From an uncultured Acidobacteriota bacterium (lineage in GTDB: Bacteria; Acidobacteriota; Thermoanaerobaculia; Gp7-AA8), in NCBI GenBank assembly GCA_963741955.1, contig CAVUKB010000007.1, positions 544,001-608,000 on the forward strand: DNA of 64,000 nucleotides, given 5' to 3'. The translations under genes were made by a program, and so were the position numbers. The notes under the pieces were generated by a model. The model was not told where the DNA came from. It saw only the letters and a list, made by a program, of their open reading frames with translations, and did no database searches. Within the stretch, counting starts at the first letter, position 1; every line of letters begins with the position of its first letter. Below are positions 50,373-62,265 of the stretch, piece after piece.

Positions 50373-51488
50373 ATGAAACTGGAGAAATCGATGAACGGAT
50401 TCAAGAATGCGAGCAGGAACATGCTCATCGCCGCGGCAGCGGTGCTGGGGACCGTGACGCTGATGGTCGGCTGCGCCCCTCAGGAGACCACGACCGGCGC
50501 GGCAAACAAGTCGGCGCCGGTTCGGCTGCAGGGAGCCGGATCCACGTTCGATACGCCGCTCTTTTCGAAGGTGTTCGACTCGTATCAGAAGCAGACCGGG
50601 GTCGAAGTCAACTATCAGTCGATCGGCAGCGGCGGCGGGGTGCAGCAGCTGATCAAGGGCATCGTCGACTTCGGCGCCAGCGATTACCCACTGAATGACG
50701 AGCAGACGAAGAACGCGGAAGCGGCCGGGGGCCCGGTGGTGCACGTACCGGTCACCATGGGCGCTGTCGCGATCGGCTACAACCTTCCGGTGGACGACCT
50801 CAAGCTCGATGGCGACACGCTCAGCGGGATCTACCTAGGGAAGATCACGAAATGGAACGACCCGAAGATCGCGGCGCTGAACCCGGGGGTGAAGCTCCCG
50901 AATACCGCGGTGGTGGTCGTGCATCGCGCCGAGGGAAGCGGAACCACGTTCATCTTCACGTCGTACCTCGCGGCAGTGAATCCGGAGTGGAAGTCGAAGG
51001 TCGGCGCATCGGGATCGGTGAGCTGGCCGGCGGGCGTCGGTGCGAAGGGGAGCGAAGGAGTCTCCGGTCAGGTGATCAACACCCCCGGTGCGATCGGCTA
51101 CTTCGAGCTCGCATACGCGAAGCAGAACAATATCAAGTCGGCGCTTTTGAAGAATGCGGCCGGAAAGTTCGTGGGACCAACCGCCGCAGGTGCCGCGGCG
51201 GCGGGAGCCGGGTCGGCGAGCAACATGCCGGCAGACCTGAAGGCGGTGTTCGTGAACGCGCCGGGCGAAGAGAGCTACCCGATCGCGGGGTTCAGCTGGA
51301 TCATCGTTTACCAGAATCAGAAGGACGCAGCGAAGGGGAAGGCCATGGTCGACATGCTGAAGTACGTGGTCACGACCGGACAGCAGTTCGCCGAGCCTCT
51401 CGACTACGCTCCTCTGCCGAAGGAAGTGCAGGATCTCGACCTGAAGGCGATCGCGACGATCAATGTCGCCGGTCAGGCGCAGCAATAG
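50373..51488 (+). CDS. pstS: Phosphate ABC transporter substrate-binding lipoprotein
   Basis: GAGST, YQSIGSGGG, DFGASD, HRAEGSGTT; lipobox MVGC. Confidence 0.96.
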   Translation: MKLEKSMNGFKNASRNMLIAAAAVLGTVTLMVGCAPQETTTGAANKSAPVRLQGAGSTFDTPLFSKVFDSYQKQTGVEVNYQSIGSGGGVQQLIKGIVDFGASDYPLNDEQTKNAEAAGGPVVHVPVTMGAVAIGYNLPVDDLKLDGDTLSGIYLGKITKWNDPKIAALNPGVKLPNTAVVVVHRAEGSGTTFIFTSYLAAVNPEWKSKVGASGSVSWPAGVGAKGSEGVSGQVINTPGAIGYFELAYAKQNNIKSALLKNAAGKFVGPTAAGAAAAGAGSASNMPADLKAVFVNAPGEESYPIAGFSWIIVYQNQKDAAKGKAMVDMLKYVVTTGQQFAEPLDYAPLPKEVQDLDLKAIATINVAGQAQQ

Positions 51489-51531
51489 CGTGAAGGAAGA
51501 GTGATCGGGTCGTTCCGTCCCGATGTGTTCC

Positions 51532-51565
51532 GGCCGGCCGTCGCGGCGTACCGCGGCGACCGGCC
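51532..51565 (+). other. GC-rich hairpin between pstS and pstC
   Basis: GGCCGGCCGTCGCGG-cgta-CCGCGGCGACCGGCC. Confidence 0.6.
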
Positions 51566-51648
51566 TGTCGTCATCCATCGGCTGATCGTTCCGGCTGCGG
51601 CGCCAGCCCGCGAGGCGGGACGCCCATACGAACTCCAATCGAGGCTCC

Positions 51649-52632
51649 GTGAAACAGATGGGACAATCGAACGAAAAAGGACTTTCCCGAAGAGGCGTCA
51701 GTGAAGACCGCCTCTTTCGGATCGGGACCGGAGTGGTCGCGATCCTGGTCATCCTGACGGTGGTCGGCATCGGGTGGGAGCTGGGCGTGCAGTCGCAGCT
51801 CTCGATCCGCAAATTCGGTTTCGGATTCTGGACCAGCTCGAAGTGGGATCCGGTCTCCGGCGAATTCGGCGCGTTGCCGTTCATCTGGGGGACTCTTTAC
51901 TCCTCGGTGCTCGCCCTTCTGATCTCCACTCCGATCGCGCTCGGGATCGCGATCTACATCTCCGAGGTCTCCCCGCGGGTGCTTCGAGGGCCTCTCGCGT
52001 TCCTGACGGAGCTTCTCGCCGCGATTCCTTCCATCGTGTACGGACTCTGGGGCATCTTCGTGATGGTGCCGGTGATCCGGCGTCTGGAACTGTTCACTCC
52101 GGAGTGGCTGAAGCACGTGCCGCTCTTTTCGGGGCCGCCACTGGGGGTCGGAATGCTCTCGGCGGCGCTGATCCTGGCGATCATGGTCATTCCGTACACG
52201 TCGTCGGTGGCCCGCGAGATCCTCAAGAACGTCCCTATGGCGCAAAGGGAAGCGGCGTACGCGCTCGGCGCGACGAAATGGGAAGCGGTAATGGCCGCGA
52301 TCTCGTACGGAAAGAGCGGAATCATCGGCGCGATCATGCTCGGGTTCGGACGTGCGCTCGGCGAGACGATGGCGGTGACGATGCTGATCGGAAATTCGCC
52401 GCAGGTCAGTCTCTCGCTGTATAAGCCGCAGTACACCATGGCAGCGGTGATCGCGAACGAGTTCACCGAGGCGGCGGACGAGCTCTACCTCCACGCGCTG
52501 ATCGAGATCGGGCTGGTGCTCTTCGTCATCACCATCGCAGTGAACGCACTCTCGCGTCTGCTGATCTGGAGTATGAATCGGAAGCTGGCTACCAGGCCTC
52601 CCCTGGCGGCACCATTGGAGGAGCCGTCATGA
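51649..52632 (+). CDS. pstC: Phosphate ABC permease
   Basis: ELLAAIPSIVYGLWG, EAAYALGAT, RALGETMAV. Confidence 0.96.
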   Translation: MKQMGQSNEKGLSRRGVSEDRLFRIGTGVVAILVILTVVGIGWELGVQSQLSIRKFGFGFWTSSKWDPVSGEFGALPFIWGTLYSSVLALLISTPIALGIAIYISEVSPRVLRGPLAFLTELLAAIPSIVYGLWGIFVMVPVIRRLELFTPEWLKHVPLFSGPPLGVGMLSAALILAIMVIPYTSSVAREILKNVPMAQREAAYALGATKWEAVMAAISYGKSGIIGAIMLGFGRALGETMAVTMLIGNSPQVSLSLYKPQYTMAAVIANEFTEAADELYLHALIEIGLVLFVITIAVNALSRLLIWSMNRKLATRPPLAAPLEEPS

Positions 52633-53477
52633 AGAATCAGAAGCGGCGGAAGATCATCTCTTCGCTCGCAGTTGCCTTCTGCGGATTTTCGGTGCTGATC
52701 GCTCTGGTCCCCCTGGTGCTGATCCTCTTTTACGTGATCGTGCACGGATTCGGCGCGATGAACCTGTCGTTCTTCACGCACATGCCGAAGCCGGTCGGAG
52801 AGCCGGGAGGGGGGATGGCCAACTCGATCGTCGGGACGTTGATCCTGATCGCGATCGCGGCGGTGGTCGCCGTGCCGGTCGGAGTGATCGGCGGCGTTCA
52901 TCTCTCGGAGTATCCGAAGAGCCGGCTGTCGAACGCGGTCCGCTTTGCGGCGGATGTGCTCAACGGCGTTCCGTCGATCGTGGTCGGCGTTTTCGCGTAC
53001 ACCATTCTGGTTCTGCCGATCAAGCGTTTCACGGCGATGGCAGGAGGTGTGGCGCTCGGAATCCTGATGGTTCCGATCGTGCTGAGGACGACGGAAGAGC
53101 TGCTGCGACTGGTTCCGGGCGGATTGCGCGAAGGGGCGCTGGCGCTCGGCGCAACCCGGAGCCGGGCGGTCTTCAGCGTGATTCTTCCGGCCGCGCTCCC
53201 GGGCATTCTGACCGGAATTCTGGTTGCTCTCTCCCGCGTTGCCGGGGAAACGGCACCCCTTCTGTTCACGTCGTTCAATAACCGCTTCTGGTCGACCAGC
53301 CTGTGGCAGCCGATCTCGTCTCTGACGGTACAGGTCTACACGTACGCGATCGCGCCCTACAAGGAATGGCATGAGCAGGCATGGGCGGGATCATTTCTGC
53401 TGGTGATGATCATTCTCACGATCTCGCTGCTGGCGCGCTTTGCGGTGCGCAGACTCGACCGGATGAACCGGCGATGA
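52629..53477 (+). CDS. pstA: Phosphate ABC permease
   Basis: [26 protein letters not shown]. Confidence 0.96.
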   Translation: MKNQKRRKIISSLAVAFCGFSVLIALVPLVLILFYVIVHGFGAMNLSFFTHMPKPVGEPGGGMANSIVGTLILIAIAAVVAVPVGVIGGVHLSEYPKSRLSNAVRFAADVLNGVPSIVVGVFAYTILVLPIKRFTAMAGGVALGILMVPIVLRTTEELLRLVPGGLREGALALGATRSRAVFSVILPAALPGILTGILVALSRVAGETAPLLFTSFNNRFWSTSLWQPISSLTVQVYTYAIAPYKEWHEQAWAGSFLLVMIILTISLLARFAVRRLDRMNRR

Positions 53478-54349
53478 ACCGGCAGGAGATGAATCGGGCG
53501 GAGGAACAGGAGACAATGTCAGTCGTTGAATTCAGCAGGGGACTGCAGGAACCAGAGATGACCACATCCGCTTCACCGGCTCCGCAATCGGCGGCCGCTC
53601 CGAAGATCGAAGTGAAGGACTTCGATTTCTACTACGGTCCGGCCAAGGTGCTGCACGGGATCGATCTCGAGATTCCCGAGAACGAGGTCACTGCACTGAT
53701 CGGACCTTCCGGCTGCGGGAAGTCGACCTTCCTTCGCTCCATCAACCGGATGAACGACATCATCCCGGACGCGCGTGGGGAAGGGCTGATCTCACTCGAC
53801 GGACAGAACCTTTACGCTCCGGGCGTAGACGTGGTGGAGCTTCGCCGCCGGGTAGGGATGGTGTTCCAGAAATCGAATCCCTTCCCGAAGTCGATTTTCG
53901 ACAACGTCGCGTACGGACCGCGCATCGGCGGGCTGCGCGACAAGCGTCGCCTGGCCGAGTTGGTGGAGAAGTCGCTGGTGCGCGCGGCGCTGTGGGACGA
54001 GGTGAAGGACCGTTTGCAGACCAGTGCGATGGCCCTCTCCGGTGGCCAGCAGCAGCGGCTCTGCATCGCGCGGACGCTGGCGGTCGATCCGGAAGTGGTG
54101 CTGATGGACGAGCCTGCGTCGGCGCTCGACCCGATCGCCACCGGAAAGATCGAAGAACTGATCTACGAGCTGAAGGACAACTACACCATCGTGATCGTGA
54201 CCCACAACATGCAGCAGGCGGCGCGCGTGTCGGATCACACTGCATTCTTCATGATGGGAAAGCTGGTGGAGTACGGCGACACGAAGACTATTTTCATGAA
54301 TCCGAAGCAAAAGATGACCGAGGAGTACATCACCGGCCGGTTCGGATGA
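53474..54349 (+). CDS. pstB: Phosphate ABC ATPase
   Basis: [29 protein letters not shown]. Confidence 0.97.
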   Translation: MNRQEMNRAEEQETMSVVEFSRGLQEPEMTTSASPAPQSAAAPKIEVKDFDFYYGPAKVLHGIDLEIPENEVTALIGPSGCGKSTFLRSINRMNDIIPDARGEGLISLDGQNLYAPGVDVVELRRRVGMVFQKSNPFPKSIFDNVAYGPRIGGLRDKRRLAELVEKSLVRAALWDEVKDRLQTSAMALSGGQQQRLCIARTLAVDPEVVLMDEPASALDPIATGKIEELIYELKDNYTIVIVTHNMQQAARVSDHTAFFMMGKLVEYGDTKTIFMNPKQKMTEEYITGRFG

Positions 54350-54378
54350 TCGGTTCGTGAAGGGAACGGGAACGAGGC

Positions 54379-55053
54379 ATGTTCAGACATTTCGATGCAG
54401 AACTGCAGCAGCTCAAGGAGCTGCTGCTGCAGATGGGCGGACTGGTCGAGCAGTCGATCCACGATTCGATCAGGGCGCTTCTGGAGCGTGACACTGCGCT
54501 GGCGGAGGTCGTGATCGCGCGCGACGAGGAGATCGACCGGCTGGAGCTGGAGATCGACGAGAAGACGATCTCGCTCATTGCGACGATGCAGCCGACCGCG
54601 ATCGACCTCCGTTACATCGCGACGATGATGAAGATCACCCCGGAGCTCGAACGGATCGCTGATCTCGCGGCCGACGTCTGCGAACGGGCGATCGAACTGA
54701 ATCGCGAGTCGCAGCTCAAGCCGCTGATCGACATCCCCCGGCTGGCGCAGAGCGCGGAGTCGATGGTGCACGAGGCGCTCGATGCATTCGTCCGGAAGGA
54801 CGCGCGGCTCGCGCGCGAAGTGATCGCGGCCGACGACGTCGTGGACGAGCTGACGGTGCAGTCTTTCCGGGAGCTTCTCACCTACATGATGGAAGACAGC
54901 CGCAACGTCTCGCGGGCCATCCGCCTGACCTTCGTCGGGAAGTATTTCGAGCGCATCGGCGACGCGGCGACGAACATCTGCGAGATGGTGGTGTTCATGG
55001 TCGAAGGGAAAGTGATCAAACATGCAGGGACGGGAGAGAGCGTCGCGTCCTGA
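54379..55053 (+). CDS. phoU: Phosphate signalling protein
   Basis: ELERIAD / FERIGD duplicated motif. Confidence 0.96.
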   Translation: MFRHFDAELQQLKELLLQMGGLVEQSIHDSIRALLERDTALAEVVIARDEEIDRLELEIDEKTISLIATMQPTAIDLRYIATMMKITPELERIADLAADVCERAIELNRESQLKPLIDIPRLAQSAESMVHEALDAFVRKDARLAREVIAADDVVDELTVQSFRELLTYMMEDSRNVSRAIRLTFVGKYFERIGDAATNICEMVVFMVEGKVIKHAGTGESVAS

Positions 55054-55063
55054 CACCGGTCCG

Positions 55064-55768
55064 ATGAAGAGAATCGCGCTGATCGAGGACGATCGGGATC
55101 TCGCCTTCACCATCCGGCTCAATCTGGAGCGGGAGGGTTATTCCGTGGAGCACTTCTCGAACGGGCAGGAGGGACTCGTCTCGGTGCAGCACGGCGCGTT
55201 CGACTTCCTGATCCTCGATCTGAACCTTCCCGACCTCGACGGCTTCACGATCTGCCGCGAGCTGCGGCGCGATCCGGCGACGAGTTCAATTCCGATACTC
55301 ATGCTGACCGCGCGCACCGGAGAGCGTGACCGGGTGACCGGTCTCGAGCTCGGCGCCGATGACTACGTCGCGAAGCCTTTCTCCACCCGCGAGCTGATCG
55401 CCCGTGTCGCAGCGATCCTGCGGAGGAGCGGAGGAGCGGGGATGAACGAGGACTCGCTCTACGAGGATCGCGATCTGAAGGTGGATGGTCGCACGTTTCA
55501 GGTCTTTCTGGAGGGGACGGAGGTGCGGCTCGCCCGAAAGGAATTCGAGCTTCTCTGGATGCTGATCCGGAACCGCCCCGCGGTCGTTTCGCGGGACCGG
55601 ATTCTCTCCGAGATCTGGCGAGTCGCAGAGGACGTGGAGACGCGGACCGTCGACGCGCACATCCGCAATCTCCGGAAGAAGATCGGCAAGAGCCGCATCA
55701 CCACCGTGATTGGTCTCGGATACCGGTTCGAGCCCGGGGACGTGGTCTCCTCGACGCCGGCGGAATGA
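55064..55768 (+). CDS. phoB: OmpR-family response regulator (PhoB/PhoP)
   Basis: REC domain plus winged helix (RTVDAHIRNLRKK); genomic context. Confidence 0.88.
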   Translation: MKRIALIEDDRDLAFTIRLNLEREGYSVEHFSNGQEGLVSVQHGAFDFLILDLNLPDLDGFTICRELRRDPATSSIPILMLTARTGERDRVTGLELGADDYVAKPFSTRELIARVAAILRRSGGAGMNEDSLYEDRDLKVDGRTFQVFLEGTEVRLARKEFELLWMLIRNRPAVVSRDRILSEIWRVAEDVETRTVDAHIRNLRKKIGKSRITTVIGLGYRFEPGDVVSSTPAE

Positions 55769-55769
55769 C

Positions 55770-57137
55770 ATGAGCTCGATCCGTCACTACTGGCTCGCCA
55801 CGCTGGTCATCGCGGTTCTCCTCTCGATCGCCATCGGGCTCGCGATCGGACTGGTTCACGAGGCCGTGCCCGGAGCGCCGCGGCAGGCGGTGCTGGCTGC
55901 CGCCGGGCTGATCGCTGCGGCGCTGATCGTGTTTCTCTTCGTCGCCCACCGCTGGGCGGGGGGCCGTGTCGACGCCGTACTCCAGCTCTCCGCTCGCGGT
56001 CGCGCCCTCCTGGGAGGAGACGTCCACTCTGCGGTCGGGCTCGGGGGACTGAACGAGCTCGATGAGCTCCAGACGACCGTGGAGAGTCTGGTCGCTGCGA
56101 TCCAGCGGGAACGCACCGCTGCGAACGAGCGCCGGGCTCTGATCGCCGAGATCGTCAATGGCGTTCCGGAAGGAATGATCGCGATCGACGGGCGTCGCGG
56201 TATCGTTCTCGCCAACCAGAGGTTTCAGGACCTGTTCCATGCAACGGGTCCGGTGGTCGGGCTTTCGCTGGTCGAGCTCGTGCGCAATCCCGCGGTGACT
56301 GGTGCGTTCGATCGGGCGCTGAAGGGCGAACAGGCGGTGCAGCGGACGACCCTGGTGGTCGGCTCCGAGCAGCGACAAATCGAGATCCGTGTCTCCCCGG
56401 TCGAGTCGTCATCCGAGGTCGCGGCGGTGGCTCTCTTCATCGACGTGACGGAGATCGAGCGGCTGGAGAGGATCCGGCGCGAGTTCCTCGACGACTTCTC
56501 GCACGAGGTACGGACGCCACTGGCGGGACTCAAGAGCGCGCTGGAGACGCTCGAGGGCGAAGGTCTCTCGGAGAGTGACGAGGAGCATCTCCGCCACATC
56601 ATCGACCGCCAGATCGCACGGCTCGAGTCGCTCACCCGCGACATCGCGGAGCTCAACCGGATCGAATCGCGCGAGATCGAGTTGCGGCGCGAAGAGACGG
56701 ATCTGCTCGAACTGGCGCGTGACGCGGTCGGTGCGTTCACCGCCTCCCGCCCCGATCTCCGGATCCCGGTGAACGTGATCGGAACGGAAACCTACGCGAC
56801 GGTGGACCGCTCCAGGGTCGAACAGATGCTCCTCAATCTCATCGACAACGCCGTCAAGCACGCGGCGAACGGCGAGGTGACCATCCAGGTCGCCGATGCG
56901 GCGGACGAGGCCGTCCTCCGGGTCTCCGATCGGGGCGAAGGAATCCCGGTCGACGAGCAGCGCCGCATCTTCCACCGGTTCTACCGGGTGGACAAGAGCC
57001 GTTCACAGGACGTCCCGGGAAGCGGGCTCGGTCTCGCCATCACCAAGCATCTCGTTCTCGCTCACGGAGGAACCATCCGCGTGCAGAGCGAGGTCGGGAA
57101 GGGCTCCGCTTTCGAGATCCGTCTTCCGAAAGAATAG
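55770..57137 (+). CDS. phoR: Sensor kinase PhoR
   Basis: 2 TM, PAS, SHEVRTPL, RFYRVDKSRS, GSGLGL. Confidence 0.9.
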   Translation: MSSIRHYWLATLVIAVLLSIAIGLAIGLVHEAVPGAPRQAVLAAAGLIAAALIVFLFVAHRWAGGRVDAVLQLSARGRALLGGDVHSAVGLGGLNELDELQTTVESLVAAIQRERTAANERRALIAEIVNGVPEGMIAIDGRRGIVLANQRFQDLFHATGPVVGLSLVELVRNPAVTGAFDRALKGEQAVQRTTLVVGSEQRQIEIRVSPVESSSEVAAVALFIDVTEIERLERIRREFLDDFSHEVRTPLAGLKSALETLEGEGLSESDEEHLRHIIDRQIARLESLTRDIAELNRIESREIELRREETDLLELARDAVGAFTASRPDLRIPVNVIGTETYATVDRSRVEQMLLNLIDNAVKHAANGEVTIQVADAADEAVLRVSDRGEGIPVDEQRRIFHRFYRVDKSRSQDVPGSGLGLAITKHLVLAHGGTIRVQSEVGKGSAFEIRLPKE

Positions 57138-57262
57138 CGGGGCTCGTGGGCCGTCGCGGCGGTCCGTATCCGTCGTTCAGCCGAACATTCAGGGCGATCT
57201 CGACCGGCGATCGAGTCGGTTCCGCATGCGGTCGCGAAGCGCGCTTCATGACGCGGTGACGG

Positions 57263-57604
57263 TCACCGCTCCGGGAATCTGCGCGAGAACCGATTGATGA
57301 GGAAGAGGAGGGGGAAGATCGCGAGGAGTGGAACGGCCATGTAGACCGGAGCCCACGCGCTGGTCGGCGAAGGAGCATCCGCCCTTCCGAAGTATCCGAA
57401 CGCAGTGAGAAGGATGCCGAACAGCAGGAAGAGCTTTCCGCCATAAGCGTTGATCGCATACCAGTTCTCCTCGGAGACGAACGCACGCTTTGTCCGGATG
57501 CCGTAGAGGCGGTTTCGAGGAACCATCCCGAGGATCAGGGGGAGAGAGACGAGTATGGTGACGATCCCCATACTCAGGTGGACATACGGAATCGGCACGA
57601 CCAT
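57263..57604 (-). CDS. SdpI-family membrane protein
   Basis: PRNRLYGIRT...EENWYAINAYGG. Confidence 0.8.
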   Translation of the reverse strand: MVVPIPYVHLSMGIVTILVSLPLILGMVPRNRLYGIRTKRAFVSEENWYAINAYGGKLFLLFGILLTAFGYFGRADAPSPTSAWAPVYMAVPLLAIFPLLFLINRFSRRFPER

Positions 57605-57729
57605 AGGCGTCTCCTCAGGCTCGATTGTAGTTCGTTCCGTCGCGCCGGCGAAAAGGGAGGCGCGCACAACCACGATCGTTGGAGTCGGATCTCTTCGAAG
57701 GAGTCGGTTCGAGCGCTGGAGTCGAGGAG

Positions 57730-57936
57730 TCAGAACCATCCCTTGTGCCGGCCGACCGGGAGGACGCTCACGACTGCGCCGACGAGAAAGACGAGGAGGG
57801 CGTTGGAGAGGAAATAGGGATAGACGACCAGAACGAATCCCGACAGGAGGAATCCGGTGTTCTGCTCTCGCCAGCCGTACAGCAGATAGCCGCTCCCGAT
57901 GGCGCCGAACAGAATATCGAATATCAACGAGATCAT
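57730..57936 (-). CDS. Small membrane protein
   Basis: LFGAIGSGYLLYG...LVVYPYF, about 3 TM. Confidence 0.65.
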   Translation of the reverse strand: MISLIFDILFGAIGSGYLLYGWREQNTGFLLSGFVLVVYPYFLSNALLVFLVGAVVSVLPVGRHKGWF

Positions 57937-58156
57937 GGCTTGCCGGGAATCCGAACGGTGGATCGCTGAACTGCTTCCGCAGGAGGAGTGTTCCTGCCGC
58001 GCGAACTCCCGGAAGCATTCTACGCCCGAGGGCCGGAGCCGGGCGCACTGGGTGCGCTCACCCGCGGAGATAAGATGCGCGAGTGACCCGCCGTACGAGA
58101 CGGCGGATCGACGAGCGTATCCGTGAGTGACGCCGGACGGGAAAAGGAGAAGACCC

Positions 58157-59515
58157 ATGGAACCATTTCGATTTCACATCTTCGCGTGCGAACAGCAGAA
58201 GCCTGAGGGCGTTCCTTCCTGTCCGGCGAACGGGTCGGCGCAGACGATGGAGGCGCTGCGGAAGGAGATCGCAGCACGCGGACTGCTGGACGAGGTGCAG
58301 ATCACATCCTGCGGATCGCTCGGGCTCTGCGAGCGCGGTCCGAACATGGTCGTCTATCCGGGAGGGTTCTGGTATTCGGGCGTGAAGCCGGAGGACGTTC
58401 CGGAGCTCGTGGAGAGTCATTTCGTGAAGGACCGCCCGCTCGAGCGTCTGTTGAATCGGGACGAGAACGCGGTGGCGGCCGAGGTTCGCATGAATCGCGA
58501 CCGCTACCTCGCCGCCCGTCGGGCCGCGGAAGCCGCGGGGACGATGCCGCCGGAGTGGAGCGCGATGATCCGTGGATATCAGGACAGCCGCACGTTCCTC
58601 ACCGCGATCGAGATGGATCTCTTTTCTGCGGTGGGCGAGGGGTGCACCGCGTCGGAGGTCGCGAAACAGACCGGCGCGAGCGAGCGGGGGATCGAGCTGA
58701 TTCTGAACGCGCTGACGGCGATGGGCTTCCTCACCAAGCGCGATTCGACGTTCGCCTGCACGCCGGAGGCGGAGCGCTTCTTCGCCGTCGGTGGAGAGCA
58801 CGATGCGCGGGCGGCGATGATGCACCACTCGGCGCTGTGGCGACGGTGGTCCAACCTGACCGACTCCGTCCGCTCGGGAACCGCGGCCGGATACGAGGAG
58901 ATGAGCGATCGCGGTCAGGGATGGACGCGCGCGTTCATCGCAGCGATGCATCGCAACGCTTCCGGGCATGCGCCGATCGTCGCGCGTGCAGTCGGATTGA
59001 CCGGAGTTCGGCGGATGCTCGACGTCGGCGGTGGGTCGGGAGCGTATTCGATCGCGTTCGCGAAGGCGAATCCGGAACTGCACGCGCAGGTCTTCGACCT
59101 GGAGACGGTTCTTCCGATCACGCTCGGGCACATCCACGACGCGGGCGTCGAGGATCGAGTGACGGTCAAGGCGGGCGATCTGCGCCACGATCGATTCGGA
59201 GAGGGGTTCGACCTCGTTCTCCTCTCGGCGATCTGCCATATGCTGGACGAAGCGGAGAATCAGGATCTGCTCCGCCGCTGCTTCGACGCGATCAGCCCGG
59301 GCGGGCGCATCGTGATCCAGGATTTCATTCTCGAAGCGAACGGCACCGCGCCGAGAACCGGAGCCCTCTTCTCTCTGAACATGCTGGTCGGGACGAAGGG
59401 AGGGAGGAGCTTCACCGGTGAGGAGTACCAGGGGTGGCTGGGAGGGGCAGGATTCGAGAACGTGCGATACGTGAACCTGCCCGGGCCAACCGGGCTGATG
59501 ATCGGGTCTAAGTGA
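58157..59515 (+). CDS. Thioredoxin-like [2Fe-2S] ferredoxin fused to an O-methyltransferase (Methyltransf_2)
   Basis: HIFAC-x10-C...CGSLGLCERGPNMVVYPGGFWY; then dimerisation/wHTH region and LDVGGGSG. Confidence 0.88.
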   Translation: MEPFRFHIFACEQQKPEGVPSCPANGSAQTMEALRKEIAARGLLDEVQITSCGSLGLCERGPNMVVYPGGFWYSGVKPEDVPELVESHFVKDRPLERLLNRDENAVAAEVRMNRDRYLAARRAAEAAGTMPPEWSAMIRGYQDSRTFLTAIEMDLFSAVGEGCTASEVAKQTGASERGIELILNALTAMGFLTKRDSTFACTPEAERFFAVGGEHDARAAMMHHSALWRRWSNLTDSVRSGTAAGYEEMSDRGQGWTRAFIAAMHRNASGHAPIVARAVGLTGVRRMLDVGGGSGAYSIAFAKANPELHAQVFDLETVLPITLGHIHDAGVEDRVTVKAGDLRHDRFGEGFDLVLLSAICHMLDEAENQDLLRRCFDAISPGGRIVIQDFILEANGTAPRTGALFSLNMLVGTKGGRSFTGEEYQGWLGGAGFENVRYVNLPGPTGLMIGSK

Positions 59516-59655
59516 CTGGAGCGAGGAGCGCTACGGCTCGGGCCGCGAGATCCCCTCTCCCGGCGCGCGCTCCGGCCGGGGTCGCCTTCGGGGCAGAATT
59601 TTTCCGCTATACTCGGCGTTCCTGAGACGAGTCACTATTGAAAGGTCTGAATCGA

Positions 59656-59865
59656 ATGAAGGCGAATCTCCATCCCGAATACCACGATGTCGAAGTCCAC
59701 TGCGCCTGCGGCGAGAGCTGGACGACCCGATCGACGAAGAAGGATCTCCGCATCGAGATCTGCTCGAAGTGCCACCCGTTCTACACCGGAAAGCAGAAGC
59801 TGGTCGACTCCGCCGGACGCATCGACCGCTTTCAGCAGAGGTACGCGAAGAAGGCGAAGGCCTGA
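59656..59865 (+). CDS. rpmE: 50S ribosomal protein L31 (Zn-binding type)
   Basis: [21 protein letters not shown]. Confidence 0.97.
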   Translation: MKANLHPEYHDVEVHCACGESWTTRSTKKDLRIEICSKCHPFYTGKQKLVDSAGRIDRFQQRYAKKAKA

Positions 59866-60887
59866 TGCTGAAGGCTCTCCGTCGTGGCTGGATCGATTCG
59901 GCGCGGCTTTTTGCCGGGCTGTTCAATTCGGTCACGAACGGACTCACTTCGTCCATGCCGACGGGCGCCGAGCGCAATGTCGACATGCTGATCGGCGGCC
60001 AGGCGGTGATCGAGGGCGTGATGATGCGCTCGCTCACCGGCTACACGGTGGCCGTCCGCCAGCCGGACGGAGGCATCAGCCTGAAGAAAGACAGGCTTGT
60101 CTCGATCGCGAAGAAGTACCCGTTCCTGAAGCTTCCGATCCTGCGGGGATCGGTGGTGCTGATCCAGTCGCTGATTCTCGGTATCCGTGCCCTGAACTTC
60201 TCGGCCAGCGTCTCGTCGGCCGGTGAGGAGGGAGAGCCCGAAGTCTCGAACTGGGCCATTGCGGGATCGATGGTCTTCGCCCTCGCGCTGGGCGTGGTGG
60301 TGTTCATCCTCGCCCCTCTCTGGCTCACCAGCCTCCTGCGGCACTACGTCTTCCCCGGAATGGGAAACTTCACCTACAACATCGTGGACGGCCTGATCCG
60401 CGCGGTCTTCTTCTTCGCGTACATCGGTTCGATCTCGATGATGAAGGAGATCCGGCGGGTGTTTCAGTATCACGGCGCCGAGCACAAGACGGTCTACACG
60501 TTCGAAGCGGACGAAGAGCTGACGGTCGAGAACGCGCGCGGGAAGTCGACGCTCCACCCTCGCTGCGGGACGAGCTTCCTCCTGTTCGTCATGGCGATCT
60601 CGATCATCGTCTTCTCGCTCGTTCCCTCGGCGGCTCCCTTCTACGTGAAGTTCGGAGCGCGGGTGGTTCTGATTCCGCTGATCGCGGGGATCGCTTACGA
60701 GATCATCCGCTTCTCGGCCCGCCACCTCGACAACCCGGCCTGCCGGGTGCTGGTCAAGCCGGGGATGTGGCTGCAGAAGATCACCACCAAAGAGCCGGAC
60801 GACTCGCAGCTCGAGGTGGCGATCGTGGCGCTCCGCGAGGCTCTTATGTACGACGCCGTCGAGCCCGACCAGGCAGCCGTCGCTTAG
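59865..60887 (+). CDS. DUF1385 membrane protein
   Basis: GGQAVIEGVMMR, YHGAEHK, HPRCGTSF, TTKEPDD. Confidence 0.93.
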   Translation: MLKALRRGWIDSARLFAGLFNSVTNGLTSSMPTGAERNVDMLIGGQAVIEGVMMRSLTGYTVAVRQPDGGISLKKDRLVSIAKKYPFLKLPILRGSVVLIQSLILGIRALNFSASVSSAGEEGEPEVSNWAIAGSMVFALALGVVVFILAPLWLTSLLRHYVFPGMGNFTYNIVDGLIRAVFFFAYIGSISMMKEIRRVFQYHGAEHKTVYTFEADEELTVENARGKSTLHPRCGTSFLLFVMAISIIVFSLVPSAAPFYVKFGARVVLIPLIAGIAYEIIRFSARHLDNPACRVLVKPGMWLQKITTKEPDDSQLEVAIVALREALMYDAVEPDQAAVA

Positions 60888-61013
60888 CTTCGCCGCTCGA
60901 ATGGATCCCGGAAGGTGCCGTGAGGTGCCTTCTATTTTTTTGTGCCGGCCGCGCCCGGATGGATCTCTCGGCCGCGGCCTGATGACGGGTGAACGATGAG
61001 CAACGAATCACAT

Positions 61014-62087
<1,074 letters not shown>

Positions 62088-62265
62088 GCGCGCCGCCGTG
62101 CGGCAGTACCCAGCGCGTTTCGAGAAGGCACTCGCCCGGCGGATCCTCCTCCGGAACAGTTCGGGCCGGCGGCGCCGCGGCGGATCGCCTGAAGCTCTCT
62201 TCGACTGTTTCCCGCTCTTCGCTCCATGTATCATCCGGAAGCCACGAAAGGAGAGCTCACTCACG

